In this document: positions 50,144 through 64,000 of the stretch, piece after piece
How the letters are laid out: every line of letters starts with the position of its first letter
How positions within the stretch are numbered: the stretch's first letter is position 1
Source: an uncultured Chloroflexia bacterium
GTDB lineage: Bacteria; Chloroflexota; Limnocylindria; Limnocylindrales; CSP1-4
Reading direction: 5' to 3'
Length of the DNA stretch: 64,000 nt
Assembly (NCBI GenBank): GCA_963776865.1
Contig: CAVZOG010000004.1
Location: 705,317-769,316 of the forward strand
Notes under the pieces: generated by a model
What the model was told of the DNA's origin: nothing
Databases searched by the model: none
Seen by the model: the letters and a program-made list of their open reading frames with translations, nothing else
Translations under genes and position numbers: made by a program

Positions 50144-53100
50144 ATGGACGAGGATCGAAATCGGCACGCTTTCGAGCTATGTCCCGCAGGCCGTGCTGCG
50201 CTATCTCGCCACGACCACGGCCGTGCCTGACGAGCCTCATGCTGAGAGCACTCCGGCGGCGCTGCTGCTGGTCGATGTCACGGGCTTCACGCCGATCACC
50301 GCGTCGGCCATTGGCCGCGGGCCGGCCGCGATTGAGCAGCTGTCGCGTTCGTTCAATGAGTTTCTGGGCCAGATCATCGATCTCGTTCGGGAGCACGGTG
50401 GCGACATTGCCAAGATCGTCGGCGATGCCGTGATCGCTCACTGGGGTGCGATTGACGAAGATCTGCCGACGGCGTGTCGTCGAGCGGCCACGTGCGCGCT
50501 CGCGATTGGTGGGCTCGGCGAGTACGAAGAGAGCGGCACTCGGCTGTCGGTCACGGTCGGGCTCAGTGCCGGCGAGACGGCCGAGATGCACGTTGGCGGA
50601 AGAGACGATCGTTGGCTGTTCCTGATCTCGGGCGCGGCCCTGAGCCAGTTTTCGGGCCTCCACTCGCAGCTCGTGGCGGGCGACGTGATCGCGTCGCCCG
50701 AGGCATGGGCGATGATCTCCGATCGGTTCGTCGGCCAGCCACTGCGTGATGGCCATGTCCGGGTCCGCTCTACCGGTCAGCCACTCGAGCGGCGCGCGTT
50801 CGATGAGGTGCCGCTCGCGCCCGGCCAGCTGGCGGCGGTGCGCGCGTACATACCGCGTGTCGCCCTATCGCGCATCGACGCAGGCCAAGAGGACTGGCTC
50901 GCCGAGCTGCGCCAGACCTCGGTCGTCTTCGTAAACGTCCGAGGCTTGACGGAGGGCCCCGATCAGGCGCTGCACGAGGTGAACCGCCTGGCTGGTGCGG
51001 CCCAGGGCGTGGCCGACCGATTCGATGGCTGGCTGAAGGAAGTCACCATGGACGAGAAGGGCACCACCTTGACGATTGCCTTCGGTGTGCCGCCGTTCAC
51101 GCACGAGGACGACACTTCGCGTGCCGTGCGGACGGCGCTGGCACTCGAATCGCAGATCCGCTCGCTCGGCTTGAGGGCCGGGGTCGGGATCGCCAGCGGG
51201 CCAACATTCGTCGGTCCGGCCGGCAACCACCGTCGGCGTGACTTCACGATGCTGGGCAGTCACGTCAACCTTGCCGCCCGCTTGATGCAGGCGGCCGAGG
51301 ACGGCACTGTCCTGTGCGACGTGGAAACGCAGCGCGCTGCCGGTCTGGATCTCTCGTTCGAGCGGCTGCCGGCGTACGTGCTCAAAGGTCTCGGGACGCC
51401 GACAGATGTCTTTCGGGTCGCCACCGACCGCGGGGCCGCTGAACAGCCATCGACGCTCGTCGATCGGACGGCGGAAATGGCCGCGGTGTCCAGGGCGCTG
51501 GACGAGCTTGTTGCGGGCACCGGTGGTCTGGTCGTGCTCGAAGGCGATCCCGGCATCGGCAAGTCGCGCCTCCTCACCGAGGCTGTTGACCGTGCCCTGA
51601 AGGCGGGCGTGCGGACCTATTCGGGCCGCGCTTCGGAGATCGAGCAATCGACTCACTACCACGCATGGCGAGCGGTCTTTGAGGCTCTGCTCGACCTGGG
51701 ATTGGCGTCCGAGCGATCTGTTCGAGCGGACATCGTCACAAAACGACTCTCGGAGGCGGGGCTGAACGGCGCATCTAGCTCCGTTGCTCAGCTCGATCCT
51801 GTCGCTCGACCTGATCGACAACGAGCTGACCGCTCAGCTGGCAGGCGAGGCGCGCGCGGACAACACGCTCAACCTGTTGATCGGCCTGCTGCGATGGTCG
51901 GCGTCGGGCGGTCCAACGATGATCACGCTCGAAGATGTCCATTGGCTCGACTCGGCGTCCGAACAGCTCGTCCGGCGCGCCGGCTCGGAGCTGCCCGAGA
52001 TACTCCTGGTCCTGAGCACCCGGCCAGTGGCGGATACGCCGTCCGAGGTGATCGCGGCGGGCCGAACGGATGCCCGACGAATTCATCTCGGGGCGTTCTC
52101 GCGCCAGGATGCTGTCACGCTCGCGGCGCAGCGGTCCGGTGCGACACGGCTCGACGATCAGGTCGCGACGCTGCTTGATCAGCGCGCCGAAGGAAACCCC
52201 CTGTTCATCGAGCAACTGACGTACGCGCTTCGTGATTCCGGCCAGGTCGTCGTCGATCACGGCCTGTTGCGATCTGCCGACCAGTCCAACGGTCTCGCAT
52301 CGGCAGGAATTCCGGACTCGGTGCAGCGCGTGATCACGACCCGCCTCGACAAGCTGCCCCCGGCGCAGGCGATGACCTTGAAGGTCGGCAGCGTCATCGG
52401 GCAGCGATTCGCCGTAAGCACGCTCGCTGACGTCCACCCACTGTCGAGCGATCCGGACGAACTTGCCTCGGATCTCGACACGCTGACTCGGCTTGGCCTG
52501 CTCACGCCGGCCAAGGCGCCCGAACCAGCCTTCGAGTTCCGCCACAAGATCACACATGAGGTCGCCTACAACCTCATGCCACAGGCTCAATCGCGGCAGC
52601 TCCACCGCAATGTCGCCGAGTGGTACGAGCGCACGCACAAGGACGATCTGTCTCCGTTCCTTGCCTTCCTCGCCTACCAGTGGCGACGAGCAGACGAACC
52701 GGCGCGCGCCCTGGACTACCTCGAGCGGGCGGGCATGGGCGCACTGCAGATGTTTGCCAACGAGGAGACGATCGACTTCCTGCACGAGGCCGTGACGCTC
52801 AACACCGACGCAGTCCTCGGATCGGACCCAGCTCGCCGGGCGCGCTGGCTGCTGGCGATGGGCGACGCGTACGTCAATCTGTCGCGCTACCGCGAAGGCC
52901 GGGACAATCTCGAGGAAGGGTTGCGGCTGCTCAAGCGGTCTCCACCAACCTCGCGTACGCGACGCGTCGGCTCACTCGTCTATCAGATCATTCGCCAGCT
53001 CGGACACCGTCTCGGTCTGCGCGGCGTGCGCAGGCACAGCGACGAGGAGCGTGCCGAGCTGGTGGCGGTGAGTCGCGCATACGAACGGCTCGCGGAAGCC

Positions 53101-54213
53101 GCCTACTACGAGGGCGACACGATGCTGGCGCTGTACAGCTCGATCCGCATCCTGAACGAGGCGGAGGCATCCGGCAGCTCCCCGGAGATCGCGCGCGGAC
53201 TTTCCGGCACGGGTGCCCTGTTCGGCCTGGTGCCGCTACCGCGGGTAGCGAGGTCATACCTCAGCCGGGCCGAGGTCGAGCTGGACAAGACGGACGATGC
53301 AACGACTCACGAGATCGTCCGGATCGTCATCGGTTTCTACCACGTCGGCGCCGGAGCCTGGGATACGGCGCGCGAGCAGTTCAGCTCAGTTCGTTCGACC
53401 GCCCGCCGCATCGGCGATCGCAGGCGACTTCTCGACGCGGTTGGCAACATGCTCGAGATCGAGATCCTCCAGGGCCAGGTTCGCAGCGCGCTCGATCGAG
53501 CGGATGAGGTCATCGGACTGGCGCGGGCCCGTGGCGACGCCCGCTTCGAGGCGGACGCACTGGTTGGGCGAGCGTACGCACTGCTGGAGATGGACCGGCC
53601 GGCAGAGGCGCTCAGCTCGTTGGAGGAGGTTCGAGAGATCGGACTTCGAGCGCAGGACCTGCCCGAGCTGCGCATCAAGACCCAGGGTCTGCTCGCGATG
53701 GTTCACATTGCGCGAAACGACCGCATCGCGGCCGCGACCGCCGCGGACGAGGCGATGCGCCTGACGCAAGGTCAACGACCCGCCTATTTCGGCACCTATT
53801 TCGGCTACGTCGGCCCGGCGACGGTGTATCTGGGCGAGCTGGAGGCGGGGGGATCGGCGGGGGATATCCGACCTCGCGCTGACGATGCCATCAGACGTCT
53901 CAAGGGCTTCGCCGACGTATTTCCAATTGGCCAGCCGCGTTACCACCTGCTCGCCGGCCGGCGGGCCTGGTTGCTCGGGGATCGCCGCGCTGCGCAGCGT
54001 CATTGGCGCAAGTCACTCGACGAGTCAGCCCGGCTATCGATGCCTTACGAACAGGCATTGGCCCATTACGAGATGGGCCGCCACCTCGAGGACGGTGATC
54101 CAGATCGCTCGCGCCACCTGGACGCGGCGCGCGAAGCTGTCACGTCAGTTGGCGCGTCAAGACTATTGGCCATCGTCCTCGCATCGATCGGCAGTGGCGC
54201 CTTTGGCGGCTGA
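50144..54213 (+). CDS. Tandem class III adenylate/guanylate cyclase, STAND ATPase and TPR protein (sAC/ADCY10-like); frameshifts near 50155 and 51780
   Basis: SYVP, LVDVTGFT, KIVGDA; second domain DEKG and GSHVNLAARLM; GDPGIGKS, LEDVHWLD, AEGNPLFIE; helical TPR-like tail. Confidence 0.9.
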
Positions 54214-55106
54214 TCCTTTCGACCTGGAGGAGATCGCCCCACTCGCCGGCGCTGCGATGACGCGGTTGACGGACCGACTCGATCACCACACGCCCGAGCT
54301 GGGACGGCACGTGAGTGACTGGATGGGTTCGCTCGCCGAGGGCGCGGCGACGAGCTATTTCACCCACCCCGAGGCGTTTCCGATGCTCCAGCTGCCGATG
54401 TGGCTCGAGCGAACCGTCGCGCACGACAACGACCCCGAGCTCGACTCACGGATCGCCTACTCGACCATTTGCGGCTACTACTTCGTGCGCATGCTCGACA
54501 ACCTGATGGACGGCGAAGTGGTGCCTTCGCCGGCCCTGCCGGCAATGATCCTCTTGCACACCGAGTTCCAGGCCACGTACCAGGAGGTCTTTCCGGCGGG
54601 CCACGCTTTTTGGCCCGATTTCATGCGCTTCTCCTACGCGTCGGCGGAAATGGCATCCATGGACTCCGCCCTGAGAACGGTCGACGCCGAAGCCTTTCAG
54701 CGAGTTAGCTCGCGCAAGATCGCCGGGTCCAAGATCCCGATCGCGGCTGTCTGCCATCGATACGGCCGCACGGACAGGCTCGACGCGTGGTCCGACGTGG
54801 TGGATCTGCTCGGCCGCTGGCATCAGATGCGCAACGACGTCCTTGACTGGGCCCGCGACCGGCAGCGTGGCGGTTCGACCTATTTCCTGACCACGGCCGA
54901 CCTCAGAGCGGCCAGCGGCGAGTCGACTGTCGAGTGGATCGGACGCGAAGGTCTGACCTGGGCGCGCGGCGAGCTGTCGACCTGGATGAACGAGCTGCGC
55001 GAGCTGGCCAGGGGCCTCGGCTCGTCCGGGTTGCAAAGCTACCTTGAAGAGCGCGAGCGCAGGTCCGCGGATGCCTGGGAGCGGATCGCAGCCGATCTTG
55101 CCGCGA

Positions 55107-58847
<3,741 letters not shown>

Positions 58848-58886
58848 CTCGCCGTCGAGTTTAGGCCCAAGTCGTAGCCTGACCGG

Positions 58887-59727
58887 GTGACCGACCCGCT
58901 GTCGCCATCAGTCGACGAGCTGCTGGCCGCCTGGCGCGCCCGTGTGACGGCCGACAGGGAGCAGGTCGAGCGCAGCCGCGAGGTGCAGGATCCGGCCGAT
59001 TTCTACGCTCCGGTCAGCCATCGATTTAGGGTTGATCCACGGCGTACCGACGACCCGTCGCTCAACGCCCTGCTGTCGATTGCCGAGCCCGACGACGTGT
59101 GGCTCGACATCGGCGCTGGGGGAGGGCGCTACGCGCTGCCGCTCGCCCTTGCCGTGCGCGAGGTCGTGGCGATCGACCCTTCGCCATCGATGCTCGGCGC
59201 GCTGTCCGAGGACGCTGCCGCCAACGGAATTGAGAACACGCGCGTTATCGAAGGGCGCTGGCCGATTGGCGTCGCCACCCACCGGTGACGTGGCGCTGAT
59301 GGCCCATGTCGGCTACGACATCGCCGAGATCGGCCCGTTCCTGGAGGCCGCTGAAGCGGCCACGCGACGGTTGTGCGTCGCTGTGCTCGCCGAATCGGCG
59401 ATGACCACGGTCGCGACCATGTTCTGGAACGAGATCCACGGCGAGCCGCGCGTCCGCCTGCCGGCGCTGCCCGAGCTGCTCGTGCTGTTGCTGGCGCGCG
59501 GGAAGCTGCCCGAGGTGCGCCTCGTCGAGCGGACGCCGCACAGCCTTGCCTCAGTCGACGAAGCACTTTCTATGGCGCGCCGCCAGCTGTGGTTGCGCGA
59601 GGGGAGTGCCAAGGATCGAAAGCTGCGCGAGCTGGTGGCTGACGCGCTTATCGAGCGCGACGGTCGGTATGCATTCGAGTCTCGATCGACGAAGATTGGT
59701 CTCGTCTGCTGGCAACCGGAAAGATGA
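58887..59727 (+). CDS. Class I SAM-dependent methyltransferase (frameshift near 59280)
   Basis: [18 protein letters not shown]; continues [11 protein letters not shown] in another frame. Confidence 0.85.
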
Positions 59728-59749
59728 TCGTTTCCGCCACCGGGTTCAA

Positions 59750-61168
59750 ATGAGCGCTACGCAAGGTCCGCGGCAAGAAGATCTGGCGTTGGCCAAGTTG
59801 GTAGACGCTATCGACAGGTACGAGCTCGAGCTGGATCGGCTGCCGGTAGCTCCGAACGTGACGCCGGCGGAGATCCGCTCCCGCCTGGCTGCCTACGACT
59901 TCGTCGACCCTATAGCGCTGCCAGAGTTGGTTGACCAGGTCGCCGAGCTGCTGCTCCGATGGTCCCTCCACGTCAACCACCCTCGCTATTTCGGCCTCTT
60001 CAATCCGACTGTCCGGCGAGCTGGAGTGCTGGCCGACGCCCTTACCGCGGCGTACAACCCGCAGCTCGCCGCATGGCCGCACGCACCGATCGCCAACGAG
60101 ATCGAGCGCCACGTGCTCACCACGTTCATGCGCGCGTTCGGCTTTGACCCCGAAGAGGGCATTTCCAATTTCACGACCGGCGGCCAGGAGGCAAACCAGA
60201 CGGCCGTGACAGCCGCACTCACTTACGCGTTCGCGGAATACGGCAAGGGCGGCGTCCGGGCGTTACCCGGGCAGCCCGTGCTGTACCTGTCCGGCGAGGC
60301 CCACCATTCCTTCCTCAAGATCGCCCACCAATCCGGGATAGGGCGTGATTCGGTCCGCCACGTGCGGGTCGACGCCCGATTGCGAATGGACCCCGAGGAC
60401 CTTGTTCGCCAGATTGACAGCGACCGGGCGCGCGGCGACATACCGTTCCTGATCGTCGCAACGGCGGGAACCACGGCAGCCGGAGCGATCGACCCACTGG
60501 CTGAACTCGCTGCTGTCGCGCGCGAACGGAAACTGTGGCTCCATGTGGATGCTGCGTGGGGTGGTGCGGCGATCATGGCGCCGGACTTGCGCGGTCACCT
60601 CGCTGGCATCGAGCAGGCCGACTCGATCACTTGCGACGCTCACAAGTGGCTGTCGGTCCCGGTCGGCGCAGGAATGTTCTTCTGTCGCCACCGCGAGCCG
60701 GTCCTTCAGGCATTTCGGGTCGAGGCGTCCTCTTACGTTCCAGCCGCCGTTGCCGACACTCTCGATCCATACGTGTCCTCGATCCAATGGTCACGTCGGT
60801 TCATCGGCCTGAAGCTGTTCATGACGCTCGCCGAGCTTGGGTGGGCTGGTCTGGGTGAGCAAATTGCCAACCAGGCACGCAAGGCCGAGCTACTGCGGAC
60901 GCGTCTCGTGGAGCGAGGCTGGCGCGTCGTCAACGACTCGCCCCTCGCAATCGTGTGTTTCACCCATCCGCGCATCGAAAGCAACGACGTCAGCACTGCC
61001 GAAGTCGTGGACCGTGTCGTCTCGAGCGGTCAGGCTTGGATCTCCCAGGTTCACCTGAATTCGTCCACCGTCGCGCTGCGAGCATGCATCACTTCCCACC
61101 GGACGACCTCGTCAGACATCGAGATCCTGGTTACGGCACTCGAGGATGCTGTGTCTGCCGCGCGCTAG
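59750..61168 (+). CDS. Group II PLP-dependent amino-acid decarboxylase
   Basis: HPRYFG, AGTTAAGAIDPL, HVDAAWGG, DAHKWL. Confidence 0.92.
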   Translation: MSATQGPRQEDLALAKLVDAIDRYELELDRLPVAPNVTPAEIRSRLAAYDFVDPIALPELVDQVAELLLRWSLHVNHPRYFGLFNPTVRRAGVLADALTAAYNPQLAAWPHAPIANEIERHVLTTFMRAFGFDPEEGISNFTTGGQEANQTAVTAALTYAFAEYGKGGVRALPGQPVLYLSGEAHHSFLKIAHQSGIGRDSVRHVRVDARLRMDPEDLVRQIDSDRARGDIPFLIVATAGTTAAGAIDPLAELAAVARERKLWLHVDAAWGGAAIMAPDLRGHLAGIEQADSITCDAHKWLSVPVGAGMFFCRHREPVLQAFRVEASSYVPAAVADTLDPYVSSIQWSRRFIGLKLFMTLAELGWAGLGEQIANQARKAELLRTRLVERGWRVVNDSPLAIVCFTHPRIESNDVSTAEVVDRVVSSGQAWISQVHLNSSTVALRACITSHRTTSSDIEILVTALEDAVSAAR

Positions 61169-61899
61169 AGACCCGCTGCGCCCGCCAGCCGCGTGATATC
61201 ACCCGGCTTGATCGGCGGCTCCATCACCAGCACGAGGCGGGTCGCGCCTGCTGATCGGAATTGCTCGACCGTGTCAGCCACTGACGGAATGGCCTTGAGA
61301 AACACCTGCGCCTGCGGGTCCGACTGACCGGCCTTCAGCTCGGCGAACCTCTCGGCCGAATCGCCGGACAGGTTCCACGCCACTCCCCGGCTGATGGCCA
61401 GCTCGCGCACGACTCGTGACGTGCCACCCAGGATCAACGGCAGCGGTGATTGAACCGGCCGCGCGCCGAGTGGCGAGCCGGCTCCGGTCAGCTCGATCAG
61501 GCGATCAACCGTGGCGACGAATTGGGCTGAACGAGTCGGCCAGTCGGCGTAGTCGAGGCCGAGGGCATCGAAGTCCTGCTCGGCAAACCGGCTCGCCATG
61601 CCGAGCCCGACCTCGAGCCTGCCTGCGGAGACTGCATCGATCGTCGCCAGCGATGCGGCCAGCGTCTCCGCCTGTCGAGTCCCGTTCGACAGGACGAGGC
61701 AGCCGATGCGAACGCGCGATGTGATCTCCGCCATTGCCGACAGGAGCGCGGTCGCCTCGAACATCTGCTGGCCGTTGACGGACGTGAGGTGATCGAATGT
61801 CCAGACGCTTTCGAAACCAGCGTCCTCCGCCTCGCGCCACGATCGTCTGAGATCGGCAATCGACAGGCCGATCTGGCCGGGCTTGACTCCGATGCGCAC
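61165..61899 (-). CDS. LLM-class flavin/F420-dependent oxidoreductase (short)
   Basis: AEDAGFESVWTFDH, GRLEVGLG, RPVQ. Confidence 0.85.
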   Translation of the reverse strand: MRIGVKPGQIGLSIADLRRSWREAEDAGFESVWTFDHLTSVNGQQMFEATALLSAMAEITSRVRIGCLVLSNGTRQAETLAASLATIDAVSAGRLEVGLGMASRFAEQDFDALGLDYADWPTRSAQFVATVDRLIELTGAGSPLGARPVQSPLPLILGGTSRVVRELAISRGVAWNLSGDSAERFAELKAGQSDPQAQVFLKAIPSVADTVEQFRSAGATRLVLVMEPPIKPGDITRLAGAAGL

Positions 61900-61900
61900 G

Positions 61901-62449
61901 CTAGGGCTCCAGGTCCGGCATCGGCGTCGGCTCGGGTGGAACCCCGTCTGGTTCGGCGAGGCGCATGCCGTACCAGGCAACGTCCCACCAGCGATCGAAC
62001 TTGAAGCCGACGCGCTCGTAGACGCCGACGAGCGTCATGCCGATCGACTCGTGCAGCCCTACGCTCGCCGGGTTGGGCAGGCCGATACCGGCGTAGGCAT
62101 TGACGAAGCCCTGTCCCCGGATTCGTTCGAGCAGCTCGGCATACAGCGCTCGTCCGGCTCCGCGGCCCTGCCACGCGCCGTCGACGTAGACCGAGATGTC
62201 GACCGACCAGCGGTAGCCCGCGCGCTCGCGATGCGCCGACGCGTACGCGTACCCGATCACCCGCTCTTCATCGTCAGCCTCGGCCACCAGCCACGGCGTC
62301 CGGTCGAGCACCTTGGTCATCCGCGTCGCCATCTCGGCCGCGTCTGGCGCGACGATCTCGAACGAGACGTGCGACTCCTCGACTGCCGGCCGGTAGATCT
62401 CGGCCACTCGCGCGGCGTCGCGTGCCGGTTCGGCGAGCCGGATCCTCAC
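61901..62449 (-). CDS. GNAT acetyltransferase (phosphinothricin-acetyltransferase-like)
   Basis: VSFE, QGRGAG, PNPASVGLHE, VGFKFDRWWDV. Confidence 0.9.
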   Translation of the reverse strand: MRIRLAEPARDAARVAEIYRPAVEESHVSFEIVAPDAAEMATRMTKVLDRTPWLVAEADDEERVIGYAYASAHRERAGYRWSVDISVYVDGAWQGRGAGRALYAELLERIRGQGFVNAYAGIGLPNPASVGLHESIGMTLVGVYERVGFKFDRWWDVAWYGMRLAEPDGVPPEPTPMPDLEP

Positions 62450-62462
62450 CGGGTGCAGCGCA

Positions 62463-63212
62463 TCAGGGGAGGGGCGTTTCGACGCCGCGCTCCGGGGCGA
62501 TGACCGCGACGGCCAGGCCGAGCTTCGACAGCTCAGAGCGCAGCGCATCCGGAGTCCCGGCCAGGACCGGGAAAGTGCCGTAGTGGATGGGCACGAGCGC
62601 ACGCACGCCGAGCAGCTGTGCCGCGCGCGCCGCTCCCGCCGGGCCCATCGTGTAATGCCCGCCGATCGGCAGGAAGGCCACATCCGGACGGTGCAGGTCA
62701 CGAAGCAGGGCCATGTCGCCGAAGACATCCGTGTCGCCGGCGAAGTAGACGCGCCGTCCGTCCTCGAGCTGGATCATGAAGCCGACCGGCTCGCCGAGAT
62801 ACAGCGGCCCGTCGCCGGCGGCCGACCAGTCGCCCGCCGAGTGGTCGGCGTGAACCATGGTCACGCTCAGGCCGGCGACCGTGACCGTGCCGCCCTTGTT
62901 CATGCCGATGATCTCGACCCCGGCGCCCTCGAGGCGATCCTCCAGCCACAGCGACAGCTCGTGCACGCATGGCCAGACCGGTCGCGTTCGACGCGCGATC
63001 TGGATCGAGTCGGCATCGAGGACCTGGCGCGGACCGGCACCCAGGTGGTCGTGGTGGCCGTGCGAGACGAGCATCACGTCGCACTCGCTGACTGCGCCTT
63101 CTGACTGCGGTGACGTCGGATTGCCGAACCACGGATCGAGCAGCACGACCTTGCCGCCCGGCGTGCGCATCAGCACGCAGGAGTGCCCGTACCAGGTGAA
63201 GGAACCAGCCAT
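62463..63212 (-). CDS. Metal-dependent hydrolase (UPF0173, MBL fold)
   Basis: SHGHHDH, AGDT, LPIGGHYTM, PIHYGTF. Confidence 0.9.
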   Translation of the reverse strand: MAGSFTWYGHSCVLMRTPGGKVVLLDPWFGNPTSPQSEGAVSECDVMLVSHGHHDHLGAGPRQVLDADSIQIARRTRPVWPCVHELSLWLEDRLEGAGVEIIGMNKGGTVTVAGLSVTMVHADHSAGDWSAAGDGPLYLGEPVGFMIQLEDGRRVYFAGDTDVFGDMALLRDLHRPDVAFLPIGGHYTMGPAGAARAAQLLGVRALVPIHYGTFPVLAGTPDALRSELSKLGLAVAVIAPERGVETPLP

Positions 63213-63239
63213 CTACATCGCCTCCCGGAAGGTCGACCT

Positions 63240-63683
63240 ATGCTCAGCGCAGTGTCTCAATTCTGGCGCTCAGCCTATCGCGTGCAGTACCGGCTGCTGG
63301 CTCTGCTCGATCCCCTGATTCGTTCGGTCTGGAACAGTTTCGGCATCGGCAACGTGGTCGAGCTTCGGGTTCGCAACCGCAGGGGCAGCATGCGCAGTCG
63401 GCTGGTCGGGATCCTGCTGACCGACGGTCGGTCCTATCTCGGGCACCCGAACGGCGACGTCGGCTGGACGCGCGACCTCGATGCTGCCGGAGGGGGCGTG
63501 ATCAAGTGGCCCAACGGCATGGAGTGGCAATTCCGCGCCCGGCGACTGTCTCCGGGCGCGGAGCGCGAACGGGCGATCCGGGCGACCAACCAGCATCCGT
63601 TTCCGGGCAACCTCATGTACCGTCTCGGTCGCCGCCACATCCGCGCCGTGGGTGTGTTCTTTCGTCTCGAGGACCCGGCATGA
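63240..63683 (+). CDS. Hypothetical protein, possibly a split-barrel deazaflavin nitroreductase-like protein
   Basis: GWTRDLDA, ARRLSPGAERE, VFFRLE pattern; weak similarity by eye. Confidence 0.5.
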   Translation: MLSAVSQFWRSAYRVQYRLLALLDPLIRSVWNSFGIGNVVELRVRNRRGSMRSRLVGILLTDGRSYLGHPNGDVGWTRDLDAAGGGVIKWPNGMEWQFRARRLSPGAERERAIRATNQHPFPGNLMYRLGRRHIRAVGVFFRLEDPA

Positions 63684-64000
63684 AGCTGCTCCAGAGCGTC
63701 GTCGGCCCGATCGCCACCAACCTGTACGTGCTCGGTGACGAGGCAAGCGGTGAGGCCATTGCGATCGATACCGCCACGCCGTGCGTCGAGTGGCTGACGA
63801 CGACATTGGCGGAACGCGGCTGGAACCTGAAGCTCATCGTCAGCACGCATTGGCACTGGGACCACATCGGCGACAACGCGGCGGTGATGGATGCCACGGG
63901 TGCCCAGCTTGCTGCGCACACGCTCGATCAAGCGCTGATCGAGAACCCGCCGTCCACGGCGCCGTTTCCGATCCCACCCAGCGTTGCCGCGGTTGACCTG
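63680..64000 (+). CDS. MBL-fold metallo-hydrolase (glyoxalase II-like), partial
   Basis: VVGPIATNLY, STHWHWDHIG; ATGA overlap; runs off the window. Confidence 0.88.
   Translation, partial: MKLLQSVVGPIATNLYVLGDEASGEAIAIDTATPCVEWLTTTLAERGWNLKLIVSTHWHWDHIGDNAAVMDATGAQLAAHTLDQALIENPPSTAPFPIPPSVAAVDL

Noticed and set aside
58887-62449. Methyltransferase, decarboxylase, LLM and GNAT genes as tailoring enzymes of the terpene/peptide locus
   Set aside because: They are separated from it by metH and lie in mixed orientations; nothing supports a link.

Overview
High-GC (about 70% by eye) bacterial window, probably Chloroflexota (inferred from gene content and style). It carries many single-base frameshifts, even in carA and carB, which points to long-read assembly errors rather than real decay. 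Housekeeping content: partial urease gamma, PyrR-attenuated carAB, a NarL-type two-component system, two MFS transporters, an M16 peptidase pair, AcuC, S8 and S53 proteases, lhr-nei, cyanophycin cphBA, metH and assorted enzymes. The best novelty candidate is 47841-55150: an NHLP/Os1348-like small protein, a degenerate class I prenyltransferase domain fused to a class II terpene-cyclase domain, a tandem adenylate cyclase-STAND-TPR protein and an intact class I isoprenoid-synthase-fold protein. This could be a terpenylated peptide or metabolite signalling system. Other highlights: three copies of one promoter architecture after the two-component system, one driving a candidate ~65-nt sRNA; a PqqD/RRE protein with a fused leader-like tail followed by kinase, GT2, GT2 and nucleotidyltransferase genes; and a CphA paralog lacking the ATP-grasp domain. 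All calls are by eye from motifs; no database searches were run.
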